Assembly: GCA_040285855.1 (NCBI GenBank)
Contig: JAUFOQ010000002.1
Coordinates: 2,976,001 to 3,040,000, forward strand
Reading direction: 5' to 3'
Length of the DNA stretch: 64,000 bases
DNA from: Eukaryota sp. GEM-RC1
Taxonomy: Eukaryota
Numbering within the stretch: the stretch's first letter is position 1; each line of letters starts with the position of its first letter. This document shows, one piece after another, positions 50,689 to 61,630 of the stretch. Below the pieces are notes generated by a model that was given only the letters and a program-made list of their open reading frames with translations, did not search any database and was not told the DNA's origin. Both the position numbers and the translations under genes were made by a program.

Positions 50689-51021
50689 TTATTGTCTAGC
50701 ATTGTACCATAAAATTACATACAATAAACTATTTCCATAACAAATACCGTTTTGTCATGCTTTAAATAGTGCAATATTTAAAATTGGTTAAATAAATTGT
50801 CCTGTTCGATTAGAAACCAAGAGTCAGAGAACAGTCAAACAAAATCCAAAAAACCAGAAAATGAGCATGGATTTCACACTTTTGACCACTCTTTAAAGAA
50901 AATTAAAAAATGGTACATTAAAAGAATATGGAAATAAAAGTTCTTCAAAGTATTGGCGACACCACACAAAGAAATTTGTAACTTGTAAATTGTTCACCTA
51001 CACCAAACCAACTCACAATAT

Positions 51022-52122
51022 TTACAAATCCTTTCTCCAATTCGGAACACACTTTTTAGAACTATACAATATATAACCAGATTCAGCATCTTTTCGATCT
51101 CTGGCTTCTTCAACTCGATGCTTAAAAGCAACTGTACTTTGGATTAATCGATTGGGATCACGGTCAACTTCGACAGAAGTCACGGGAAGTCTTTCCCAAG
51201 CAGGAGTCGTTGACTTTCTTGCAGATATTTGAGCTGCACGTGCGCTGGCTCTTTGGATATCTTGCATTCTACGTGATTCTAAATCAATTGTAGGAATTCT
51301 CTTGACTTTTGTTGACTTTTTGACCTCTAATGTCGACGATTGATTGAACTTTGACTGCTTTTTTCTTCTTCAAGACCCTCTTTAATTCCATTCGACGTTG
51401 TTTAATTTTACTTTGTTCCAGTATTTTATTTTCAACTTCTCTGCGTGCCAAATCCTCAGCCTCCATTAACCTCTGTTCTTGCTTTTGAAGCCTCCAAAGT
51501 AAAAGAGCTTCCTGTTTACTGGTGGATAGCGCCGGCACAGAGGATTTTTTATTGTTTTGGGACCTTTTCCGACTCATTTCTTGGTCAACTAGAACTTCAG
51601 CTGAGGGTATAGCTGATTTAGCAGCCAGTAGTCTTGAACTAGGACTCAGTGGCCTAAGAGAAGGACGTTTTGGAGAGGAAGCGTCCAATGTCCATTTACT
51701 AACAGCTTCAAAGAAATGGTCTACGTCTGTAGCAAGAAATTCAATGGAAGAAGAGATTGAAGAGATATCAGAAGAGAGAGTGTTGTTTAAAGTTACAAGA
51801 TCAGACTCAATGACTGTCATGAGACTCTGAAGTTGGGCAAGGAAGGAGTCTTGGGTTTCAGGAGCAAGTTCTGTGTTCTGAAGATCGTCGACTAGTCTTT
51901 TGAAGTGAGAGACTTTTTTTCCAATGTTTAAGATAGACCGTAGAATAGAAGAAGATTCTTTGTTTAGAACGTCATCATTCCAGGTGTAAGAGTGGTATAA
52001 AGAGTCATATTCAGCTTTAAGATCAGAATGTCGCTTAAGAAAAGAGAGTATATCTCGGTAGCAGCGAGCAGAGGCCCTTTCTAGAGAGAGTCTGTCCTTT
52101 TCCAGTGTATTATGGTGGTCAT
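51022..52122 (-). CDS. CCDC112-like coiled-coil protein (frameshifted)
   Basis: Coiled coil with C-terminal VDRDPNRLIQST...VPNWRKDL. Confidence 0.55.
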
Positions 52123-52421
52123 CTTAGAAACAACTGAAATGCAAGTGATTCCTGTAGATTTCTTAAAAGTGATGTGTGAATTTGTTTGAACTACTGTAGA
52201 AGCAATTGTTGCAAATAAACTTGTTGAGTGTTTTTCTCCACAGATAAATCCATTTATTGTTGCACATAAACTGTTTATATCAAAGCCAGCCATACATCCA
52301 AAATTATTCTAAAAACGAAGATCATTGTTATGTTTGATAGTGAAACACAAGACCAGGTGTTGAATGATTGAATTAAACTTGAAGTAAATCTTAGTACCAT
52401 AACTGCCTTAAATAAATCAAA

Positions 52422-53129
52422 CTAAAATGATGGATTAGAGAACTCAAAAATAAAGATCTCAACTTCCTCTTCTTCGTCATCAATTCTTGGAAAATCACTG
52501 AAGATCTCACATGATTTAACAGAAAATCCAAACTCCTGACAATCATTAATCACAGCTGATCTTAATTTTGACTTGGACTGCGAGCCATCTCTAGCAACAA
52601 AAGAAACAATGAACATTCCTCCGAAGTCAAGAAGAGACTTTGCTGTTTGGAAAACCAGAGGAATAACAGAACAATCATAAAGAATATCCCCTCCCAGAAC
52701 TAAAGACGACCTACCATACTTTTGAATTAGGTCATCCACTGAATCTCCCCAAGAAAGAGACTCAATAGACACGGCGCCGAGTTGAGACTTATTGAGGGAG
52801 TAATTGGATTGTGCTAGACCCAGAGAAACCGTATCACTATCTGTGGCAATGGTCAAATCAAAGTACTTGGACAGTACCATTGATACCAGTCCAGTTCCTG
52901 TTCCCAGTTCATAAGCAAGGGAAGGGGTTGGAAGGGAAGACTTGGAGAAGATGGAGTTACAATCAATGTAGTACGAAAGAGCAAGAGACCCAGACCAGAG
53001 ATGGCTACCGGTTTTATCGCCAGGATCGTCAGAAAGAATGAGTAAGGCGTCCAGAAAGTTGTCACCACCGAATGGTTTATGGCCAGTCAAAGTGAGTGTT
53101 CCAAAAGAATACCGAAAGGAGTTTTTCAT
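52422..53129 (-). CDS. Seven-beta-strand lysine methyltransferase (METTL21/family 16-like)
   Basis: TGSHLWSGSLAL, ELGTGTGLVS, ATD, LSWG, GGDILY. Confidence 0.88.
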   Translation of the reverse strand: MKNSFRYSFGTLTLTGHKPFGGDNFLDALLILSDDPGDKTGSHLWSGSLALSYYIDCNSIFSKSSLPTPSLAYELGTGTGLVSMVLSKYFDLTIATDSDTVSLGLAQSNYSLNKSQLGAVSIESLSWGDSVDDLIQKYGRSSLVLGGDILYDCSVIPLVFQTAKSLLDFGGMFIVSFVARDGSQSKSKLRSAVINDCQEFGFSVKSCEIFSDFPRIDDEEEEVEIFIFEFSNPSF

Positions 53130-53563
53130 GAGAGAAAAAAGAGGTCAATAAAAAGACCGAGACATAAACAGTTAGAGGATCATTGAGGATCATTTTATCA
53201 GTGTGACATGATGATATTATTACAAACAAGATATCTGCGGACACAAATGATTAAAATGATTAGAATCTATTTCGAGTCTAATCGAAATGGAGAAGGAACA
53301 AAAAGCTGAAGTAGAAAAGTACAGTGAAACAAGACGACGAACCACAATGGATTCCATCGCTGGTCCGCAAACGATGCTGGAGGCAAAAACGAATGGAAAA
53401 GAAAACAGGGGAAACCTGAAGTAGAAACGGAAGAGGAGTTTTTGCAGAGTACTAGTTCAATATCTAACATGATGTCCTATATATATAGAACATGTCGCGA
53501 CATGATGATGTGACACTTGTTTAAAGGCAATAAAGCATCAACACAACATTTTTGTTTTTCAAT

Positions 53564-54036
53564 ATGGCCAAAATCCAAGTTATTTATGGAAGTGATACAG
53601 GCAATTCGTATGTCTGTGTTTAGCGTACTCTTATCACAGTGAGGAGTTTGCAACCGAAATCGCTGATCATTTCGGAGTTGAAGCCGTCGAAGGTGACGCT
53701 GTTGAGGTTTCTGAACTCCCCGAAGCTGAGACTTTGATCATCGTCACCTCTACTTCAGGTGATGGTGAATTCCCAGGTAACTTCGAAGAATTCTACACCA
53801 AACTGGAAGAAGAGAAGCCAGACCTCTCCAACACTAAATTCGCTGTTTTTGGTCTCGGATCCACTTCATATGACGAATTCTGTGCTGCCGCTAAGAAGGT
53901 CGAGGAACTTCTCCCCAAGTTCGGAGCCTCCAAAATTGATATCTCTGTGTCTAATTATGGGGACGATGAAGATGCTGATGGTTTCAAGACAAAGGCTGAA
54001 CCTTGGTTTGAGCAATTGAAACAAAAACTTTCTTAA
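53564..54036 (+). CDS. Stand-alone flavodoxin with a 32-nt intron (53608-53639)
   Basis: Spliced MAKIQVIYGSDTGNSEEFA. TSTSGDGEFP. FAVFGLGSTSYDEFC. Confidence 0.92.
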
Positions 54037-54476
54037 TGTGTATATTTGTCTGATCTCAAAAGTTTTCAATAAATGGAATCTAACTGTACGCTGTTTGTCT
54101 ACTACGGGATCAAACATCATCTAGTAACTTGTCAAATGCAAGTATCTCATTGTGTGATTCTTAAACCAGTTGCTGAGGATGGTTGAAGAAGAAAATTCCA
54201 GTGTCTGCCACTACACATGTCGAAGGTTCATTTGTGATCTAGAACAAAAACTGACAGTAATTTAAAAATCAATGTTATCATTTGTTACTTTGTATGTACA
54301 ATTCCTACGTAAAGGAAATCTGAAGAACGAACATTTAAAGCAACGTCTTGACTTTAACTGTAATCATCATCCTCAAAATATATTCCTGATCATCTCTTAT
54401 CTTCCAAGAGATAATAGAGCACTGCACTCAGAATGCATTTAGAAGTGGATATGTTTTTTAAGTAATGTGGATCTAA

Positions 54477-55547
54477 TAGGGCTGCAATGGGAGATGGGAG
54501 TTTCTCCCACTCCCAACACGTGTTCTCCCACTACCACTCCCACCTCCCACTTGTCATAGGTGAGACTCCCACTCCCAACAAATTCTCCCAACTCCCACCC
54601 AACTCCCATTTTTGTTTCTTCTAGTACAATGACACTTTAATTTATGAACATAACAATCACTAACTCTGTCTCTGATTCATGAACAACTGTCTCATCTCCC
54701 GACATTTGAACCATGATTTCAAACAAAGGACTGCTTCAATAGAATCACTACTCAAGGAAGCTCGTAACTTCGTAACAACACACCCTGTCTGAGAAAATTA
54801 CTGTTCACTTGGAGTTTGTGAAGCTCTATAGTTCTTAGCATATGCCGATAATCGTGAATACAACACATTTTCTTTTAAACCAAATTCAGCAATAATTTCT
54901 TCCAAAACATTGCAGTGTGGTTTTCTTTCAAGTGCTTAAAACCGAGGACGTCAGTGTTTAATTCCAGTTCATCACTTTGAACTGCTACCCCAATAAAATG
55001 TTTGTTTGTATTTGATTTCCACCGGGTTCACATCAAATAGGACTCCATCCATCAATCCTAATATATGCTTCAGAAGAATTACACATTTTTTTGAATTTAT
55101 CTTTCGAGTATCCTTTAAATAACTCATATACATTCAAATCATCATTTCTTATCGTGGTTCTTTTTTGAATGAATCTGAAAGAGAGGAAACAAATTCGATA
55201 AAATTAGGGTGCTCAACCAGACCAGAGATTTCAGGAACTTCAGATAAATCAAGTGATGACATGTGTGCAAATTTACATATAAACAACCGCACTCTTTATA
55301 AAAAGAAAATAAGTATAATAGAACAAAACAAACACAGTAACAATGTAATACACCTAGACTCAATATTCTAAAAAAATATAACTGTAATTGTTCAGCTAGC
55401 TTGTTTCTGTTTTAAAATTGAAGTTAGAGTTGTGTTTGCAAATGGAAGGTGGGAGTTTTTGGGAAGTTCCCACCTCCCAAAGAAGAGCTCCCACTCCCAC
55501 TCCCAAGGGTCATGGGAGATGGGAGTTGGGAGAAATTGACAGCCCTA
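54477..55547 (-). mobile_element. hAT deletion derivative, family E
   Basis: Ends tagggctg / cagcccta. Perfect TSD ggatctaa (54469-54476, 55548-55555). ctccca repeats. Decayed dimerisation domain TPSEQ*FSQTG..TKLRASLS..IEAVLCLKSWF near 54710-54830. Confidence 0.88.
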
Positions 55548-55881
55548 GGATCTAATCATATTTTTCCAAATTTCTTTACTGTATTAATCATAACACCTTT
55601 TCGGCTCAAAATTTCATATCACTAATAAAAATTATAAAGACGCTAGTGACGTCAAAAGTCAATATCTTTCAGTAGAAATAATTGATCGCACAATTAATCT
55701 CCACAACAAACGAAAAAATCAGAACAACTTCAAAGCTAATCAAAGATTTCCAAAAACTGTACTTACCGGAATTTTCCCCAAAAATAATTGTTCAACTTCA
55801 GTAAACGTTTCCAGGTTGATACTACTACAATTCATCACGTCATCAATGTTCCTAGAATACCAAAATTTCAAATATACACAA

Positions 55882-56708
55882 CTATTCATATTCTTCTTCC
55901 ACCGACTCCTCTCCCGAATCCTGATCATCAACTGGAGGAACTTCCACTTCCCCAACATCTTCCTCTCCTTCTTCACTAGGATTTACAACTGGAACATCTG
56001 GCTTAAAGTACTTTTCCTCTTCCAGTTCTTGTTCAACATCTTTAGGTTGCGAAGTACAAATCCCCTGCCAACCAACTTCCTTCACAAAAGACACTAGTTC
56101 AGTATATCTGGCAAAGTCTGGTTGACTTGGTTGGTAAGACAATGCATGCTTGATAGCTTGTGGATTTTTCTTTAGTTCAAAGTTGAATTTCGTGGTGATT
56201 TCCTTACGACTTTTGTTAGGCAAGAGGGTCCCAAATAGGGTAAAATTGGTTTTAAACAGCCGTAATCCCTCCATGAACGACTGCTCCTCCTCCACAGACC
56301 AACGGAGTTTACACCTAGGTTTTCCAAAAGAAGCTGAATTAATACGAGGGTTCTCATAATCAGGGAGTTCTAGTTCTGTGAGGTCTTCAAGAGATTCATG
56401 GTTTCTGGACTGTTTAGTGACTGGAGCTAGATTGGTGAAAACAATCTCTCCATTGACTATGGTTAAGGCGTTTTCTTGGGTATTTTCATCTTCATCTGAG
56501 GGGGAATCGTCAACAGCAGGGATTGATACAGTGGTAAGGCTAGGCGCAGATGCTGGTTCAGTGTCTTCTGAGGGTTTATTCTGAAGTTGAGAAGAGAGAC
56601 GGGCTCTTTTTCAGCACGAAGTTTTGCTCGTCTTAATGCACTAGGAGAGGGTTCTCCTATATCCTTGTCTTTATGAATAAGGTGTTTAAGTGTGAATGGT
56701 TCTGTCAT
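55882..56708 (-). CDS. Bdp1-like (TFIIIB B'') SANT-domain protein (frameshifted)
   Basis: INSASF...RWSVEEEQSFMEGLRLFKTNFTL..LLPNKSRKEITTKF..E.KKNP. Confidence 0.75.
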
Positions 56709-57089
56709 TGAGAAAGTTGAGATTCATGGTGGAGAAGAAAATCTGAAACCAAATTATTCGTTTCTGTGAGTTTCAATGACAATGAATGTTGCTTTAATGA
56801 TATTGAGGTTTAGTTTGTATTCTGATTTCGCTGTTTGTATTCTATAAAAAGTGTCAGTAAAACAGTGCACATTCTGATGTCACATAAAATAGGGTCATGT
56901 TAACTCCCGATGAAAAAAATCAAAAGGATATGAGGTAAATACAGTTTCAACATAGTGGTGTTTTAACATCATTTTGTTGGTGTTTTTAGTGTTATGAGGC
57001 TACTATTCAATATTTGTCTTTTTCTATAAGAATTTTAATAAATTTGTTTTTGATACTGTACTTTTATTTATCATAAATGTAATAGTTCA

Positions 57090-57860
57090 AACAACTAAAA
57101 TTTGATATCATTAAAACAACACCCGTCGCTATCAAATCTTACATAAAAGGAACTCACTGCTAATAAAGCTTTGGAGATGATTAGGGGAATTGTTAAAAAA
57201 CAGTAAAAACTTCAACCATGACGTATGATCAAAACGTTTGTTCATTCTATTTTATACGATTTTTCCGAAATCGTTTAAAAAATTCTATGCACTTTTTCCT
57301 AAACGTCCGTAAATTGAAACAGCTAAAGGACATAATTCGTATTCAACATGTTTTAAAGACAACAACATCTGCTCTCCGTTTACCAAAACATTGGTTCTGT
57401 TTTTCGACATTACAATTATTATTTGGTTCTAAAAGACCTTAGAAGTGGTTCAATAAATGACTCATTTTTGTAAGACTTACACATAGCCTGTATTTAATCT
57501 CTTACAGCATCATGCATACACGTTCGATAAGTTATATAGCGATTACAACTTAACAAATGAGAAAACATTAATTGTTTTCCACAGCTACATTGAAGATCAT
57601 TTGCCAAATTATATGGCCATATATAACAATGAAGTCTGATTGTAGTGGTCCATTGATGATCATTTCATAACAAACCAAATACGTGTGGAATTTGATTAAT
57701 TAATGCCACATCAGAACTCTCCTTTAAATCAATTAAAGAATTAGCGAAAGCTTGATTTTTTTCCTTAGCCTTTTCAATAAGTGTAATAAATTTCATTGTA
57801 TAAAATCGATGAGCACGAAATATTTCAGATAATTTAACATAAATTGACCTAAGCAATTCG
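57090..57860 (-). pseudogene. Decayed RLE-type non-LTR retrotransposon, 3' part
   Basis: AFANSLIDLKESSDVALINQIPHVFGLL. DNA similarity to 58570-59870. Confidence 0.65.
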
Positions 57861-58569
57861 AATACTGACTTTGTGTGTCAAGGCGTGGCATCACGTACAT
57901 GTACTTCAGATTGCTTCTTAATAATTCGTGGAAGACACAGTAGTATTGTCTTTCAACCTGAATATCTGTATATCGAGTCGAACAGTGTGTAATTTGGTCT
58001 GCGAATCAACTGGAAATACTACACTGTCATTGACAATTAGTCTCATTAGGCAAATAGTCTCACTCATAAATTAGTCTTGGTGAAACTATTTTTCCTTAGC
58101 TGGTGTTTGTGGATCGAAACTTTTGATAAAGTTAATTCCTCTTTTGCAGTTTTAAGGGAAGATTGAAAGAGATTAATGGACTAAAACACACTAAAAACTA
58201 TTCTGTGCTGTTGGTGATGTAAAAATTCAGGCAAAAGTACATGATGGAAATTGCTAAGGAAGTTGTTGATAATGATAATAATTCACGTCAAGATGCTTCT
58301 GGTGTCACTTTTGTCCAAAAACCAAAATCATGATGCGTTGCGAATGAAATTTTCATGAAGTGGGACTACAACCAATTTCACAGTTATAGCTACAACTGCA
58401 AGAAATTAAAGGAAAGTATCACTCAAACTTTGACGGTCAAACACCCTCCGAATACATCGTTTACCTGCAGTATTGAGGAGGGACATTGGAAGTTGTTGCT
58501 GACTAATCCAATGCTGATTTTTTTAAAACAGAACATTTTTATAAAACAAAAACACTAAAATAAACACAA

Positions 58570-59870
58570 ATACTAGAACTCAATATCATTAAAGCAACAA
58601 TCATTGCCATTAAAACTCACATCAGCTTTTTCTTCATAAAAAACACTGAGAGCTAATAGAGCTTTTGAAATCATGACAGGAATTGTTTTAAATATTGTAA
58701 AAACAATACGATTCAACCAAAATTTGAAATCAAATTTCTTGTTCATTCTTTTTTGACCACTTTCTCAAAATCAGAGAGAAAACAAAGAGCATCTCTTCCA
58801 AGTCGATCATAAATTGAAATTGCAAAAGGACATAAATTTGTACTCAACATGTCTAATATGTTTGAGAGCAGTCAGTGGTTCATCATATTTGTTTCTCTTG
58901 TATTGTTCTGAAGAATTCAGTGGAGAAACTTCATTTTTAGCATCCTTGAATACACTTTTTTTTGCAAACATCCACAGTAATCACATCAACAACGGTTAGT
59001 TCATCATTGACTGATGGAACTATAACATCAGCTCTTCTTTACCAAAAGTCTTGTCAGAATCACTAGTTTTTAAATTATTGATTTCCGGTGATCTCAACAG
59101 TGGCTCAACAAAAGATTCGATTTTGTAGGACTTACACATGGCATGAATTTGATCTCTGACAGCATCATGAATACAGGTTCTATAAGTATTGAAACGAGTA
59201 CAACTCAAAAGGTGAGAAAAAGTACACTGGTCACAATATTTAGTCTCAGTGGAAAATTAGTCTCACTGAGACTAATTTATGTTTTGCGTCCTTTTGACAT
59301 TTTAGAGGCAAATTTCGCTAGATGAAAATTAGTCTCAGTGAGACTAATTTATGAAGAGACCATTTTGAAACTAGGTTATGAATTAGTCTCACTGAGACTA
59401 ATTGTTGTGACCAGTGTATCTAATTTACCACATTTACATCGAAGATCATTGGTAAATTAGAGGGCTACAAGAAACATCGAAGTCTGAATATTGTAGTCCA
59501 TTGATGATCATTCAACAACAAACCATAAATCTGAGGAATTTGGTTAATCAAAGCAACTGAAGAACTGTCCTTCAAATCAATTAAAAAATTTGCGAACGCT
59601 GGATTGTTTTCTTTGGCCGAGCCAAGTCGAATTTTAAAATCCATACATTCAAAATGTTTTAAAAGGTGTTTTTGGAGTTTCTTAAGAGCAAATTTTAACG
59701 AGGTGACACATCGGTCTGGTATTTCACAAATATCTGCTAGAAAACAAGTTTGCCAGAGGTCAGGTGAAATTAGCGACAATTCAGATCTAATGATGATGGT
59801 ATTATAAATATAGAATAGTTTTTCTTTTACTTGTTTATCATAAAACTTTGTCAATAAAATTTGAAATCGA
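58570..59870 (-). pseudogene. RLE-type non-LTR retrotransposon 3' part (CCHC finger + RLE), interrupted by a MITE
   Basis: FRLR...RCKCGKLD|TFSHLLSC...HDAVRDQI...VEPLL. Confidence 0.75.
59225..59416. mobile_element. TA-flanked MITE related to 58022-60036
   Basis: TIRs cactggtcacaa / ttgtgaccagtg with TA TSD. Removing it restores the host reading frame. Confidence 0.9.
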
Positions 59871-60466
59871 CCAAGACTAAATTAAATCATCAAGAATTAG
59901 TCTTGGTGAGACTAATTAAAATACAGTTCAATTAGTCTCACTCATATATTAGTCTTGGTGAGACTAATTGTTATGTGTGCACGATTGAAAGTGTCTTAAG
60001 AATTAGTCTCACCAAGACTAATTGTCAATGACAGTGTAGAAGAGCAAATAGAACAAACAGTCCTATGCAAAAGGATCACTTCCTATAAAGCCAAAAGGAA
60101 CGATCAAATATTCTCACAATTCTACTTAACATAGGTAGACTAATCGTCAGGAACAGCAAGAACTGTTTTACCTTGTGAATCAGTTAGTAAAAATTGCAAC
60201 AAGACATGAAAAATAGTTACATGTATAACATGTACCACATACACATCATATACCATATACTGTTAGTTACAATTAGTACGACATCAACTGTTATCGTATC
60301 AGTGACATACTCTCAAACTTGTCAAGATGTCAACATGTCAATGTAGACATTAACCACAAATAGTTCAAACAGAAATTTAAGATCATTCGCTTAGTGAGAT
60401 GTCTATCGACTTCGTGTTGGTTAGATATCTCACTGTGCTTCGTCTCCCCACTGTCAGGAGCCTTCC

Positions 60467-60775
60467 ATGGGTCTTTTGATCCTCAGATCACTCCTTTGCT
60501 TGGTTTGTTGCTTTATTTTCACTCAAGACCGTCAGGTCTTTATGAAGATTTTCATGGGTCCCTCGATCCTCAAATCTCTTCTATTTCTTTTTTGTTTTTG
60601 TCTTTTCACTCAAGACCGTCAGGTCTTTATGAAGATTTTCATGGGTCCCTCGATCCTCAAATCTCTTCTATTTCTTTTTTGTTTTTGTCTTTTCACTCAA
60701 GACCGTCAGGTCTTTAAGAAGATTTTCTTGGGTCCGTCGATCCTCAAATCTCTTCTGTTTTTGTTTTCTTTTTGT
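60467..60775 (+). repeat. 87-bp tandem repeat, about 3.5 copies (29-aa hydrophobic unit)
   Basis: Units start at 60467, 60554, 60641 and 60728. Unit translation MGPSILKSLLFLFCFCLFTQDRQVFMKIF. Confidence 0.95.
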
Positions 60776-61630
60776 TATAGTACTCCATATTGTTGTGATT
60801 CTTGTTGTGCTTGTTGTATTACAAAATCCAAAATAAATCTCCAGTCATCACAATTTCTCCGTGATTTGACTATCGACGGGGACATTGAGTCTAATCCTGG
60901 ACCCGATCTAATTGAAAATCATTCCAATATTGATTCTTTGCTACCTCAAAGTTGGTTATGGACCACTATTGTAGACTTTTATGGACAGTACATCACTGAA
61001 CATAGTGTTAAATGTTCATATCTCTCGTGTGAAGCATTGTCACTTGCAATTACAGAGGACAATTTGGCTGAAGAGGAAAGAGATCGTTGGCATCTTCACA
61101 AACTATTTCAAGAAACCTTAGATTTGATGAATTCTTCCAGACCACCAACCAAACAATATTTGTTTATTCCAATAAACGATGGTATCTTTAATAATGAAGC
61201 TACTCACTGGACTCTGTTGATTTGTGATATTAAGAGAAAAAGATACTATTCCCTTGATCCAATGTTTACTCAAAATCAACATCAGAAGTTTTCAGATACT
61301 TTAGGTCGTTGCGAAGATGTTATTAGACAATTTCATGAGCGTGTGTTTTTTCCTTTCAATTATCATTATTTAGGAAGGCTTTTCGTAACTCAACACCAAA
61401 CACAAGGTGACTGTGGACCTTTTATTTTAGAGTACATGAGTAAATTTGTTGAATTTGAACAAACGTCACTAGATATCAACGTAATTTTAAGTCAAGTTCG
61501 ATTGTTCAATGAATATGATGCTCTAGAAATGAGGAAAAAAACTCTTTCTAAACTCTTTGGGGACTGGCTAAGCACTGTTTTGGATATAAGAATAATGATA
61601 AGAAGATTGGTCCTTTACATTCAAAAGTGA
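60467..61630 (+). CDS. Repeat leader + 2A + Ulp1/SENP (peptidase C48) domain
   Basis: SLLPQSWLWTTIVDFY, LFIPIN...THWTLLICD, YSLDP, QTQGDCGPF. Catalytic His, Asp, Cys and oxyanion Gln are present. Confidence 0.85.
   Translation: MGLLILRSLLCLVCCFIFTQDRQVFMKIFMGPSILKSLLFLFCFCLFTQDRQVFMKIFMGPSILKSLLFLFCFCLFTQDRQVFKKIFLGPSILKSLLFLFSFCYSTPYCCDSCCACCITKSKINLQSSQFLRDLTIDGDIESNPGPDLIENHSNIDSLLPQSWLWTTIVDFYGQYITEHSVKCSYLSCEALSLAITEDNLAEEERDRWHLHKLFQETLDLMNSSRPPTKQYLFIPINDGIFNNEATHWTLLICDIKRKRYYSLDPMFTQNQHQKFSDTLGRCEDVIRQFHERVFFPFNYHYLGRLFVTQHQTQGDCGPFILEYMSKFVEFEQTSLDINVILSQVRLFNEYDALEMRKKTLSKLFGDWLSTVLDIRIMIRRLVLYIQK
60854..60904 (+). other. 2A / StopGo ribosome-skipping motif
   Basis: FLRDLTIDGDIESNPG|P is an exact match to D(V/I)ExNPGP. 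Confidence 0.88.

Larger units (their letters stand above)
58022..60036. mobile_element. TA-flanked Tc1/mariner-type non-autonomous element containing nested inserts
   Basis: TIRs cactgtcattgacaattagtct / agactaattgtcaatgacagtg with TA on both sides. aattagtct/agactaatt subterminal repeats. Confidence 0.85.

Noticed and set aside
60467..60775. Repeats next to a Cas12-related gene as a possible CRISPR array
   Set aside because: The units are contiguous 87-bp tandem copies with no unique spacers.
61540..61570. Programmed -1 frameshift or intron joining Ulp1 and Fanzor
   Set aside because: No canonical X XXY YYZ slippery site in the overlap and no 29-32 nt intron with a typical donor. A sequencing indel or a deletion junction is more likely.
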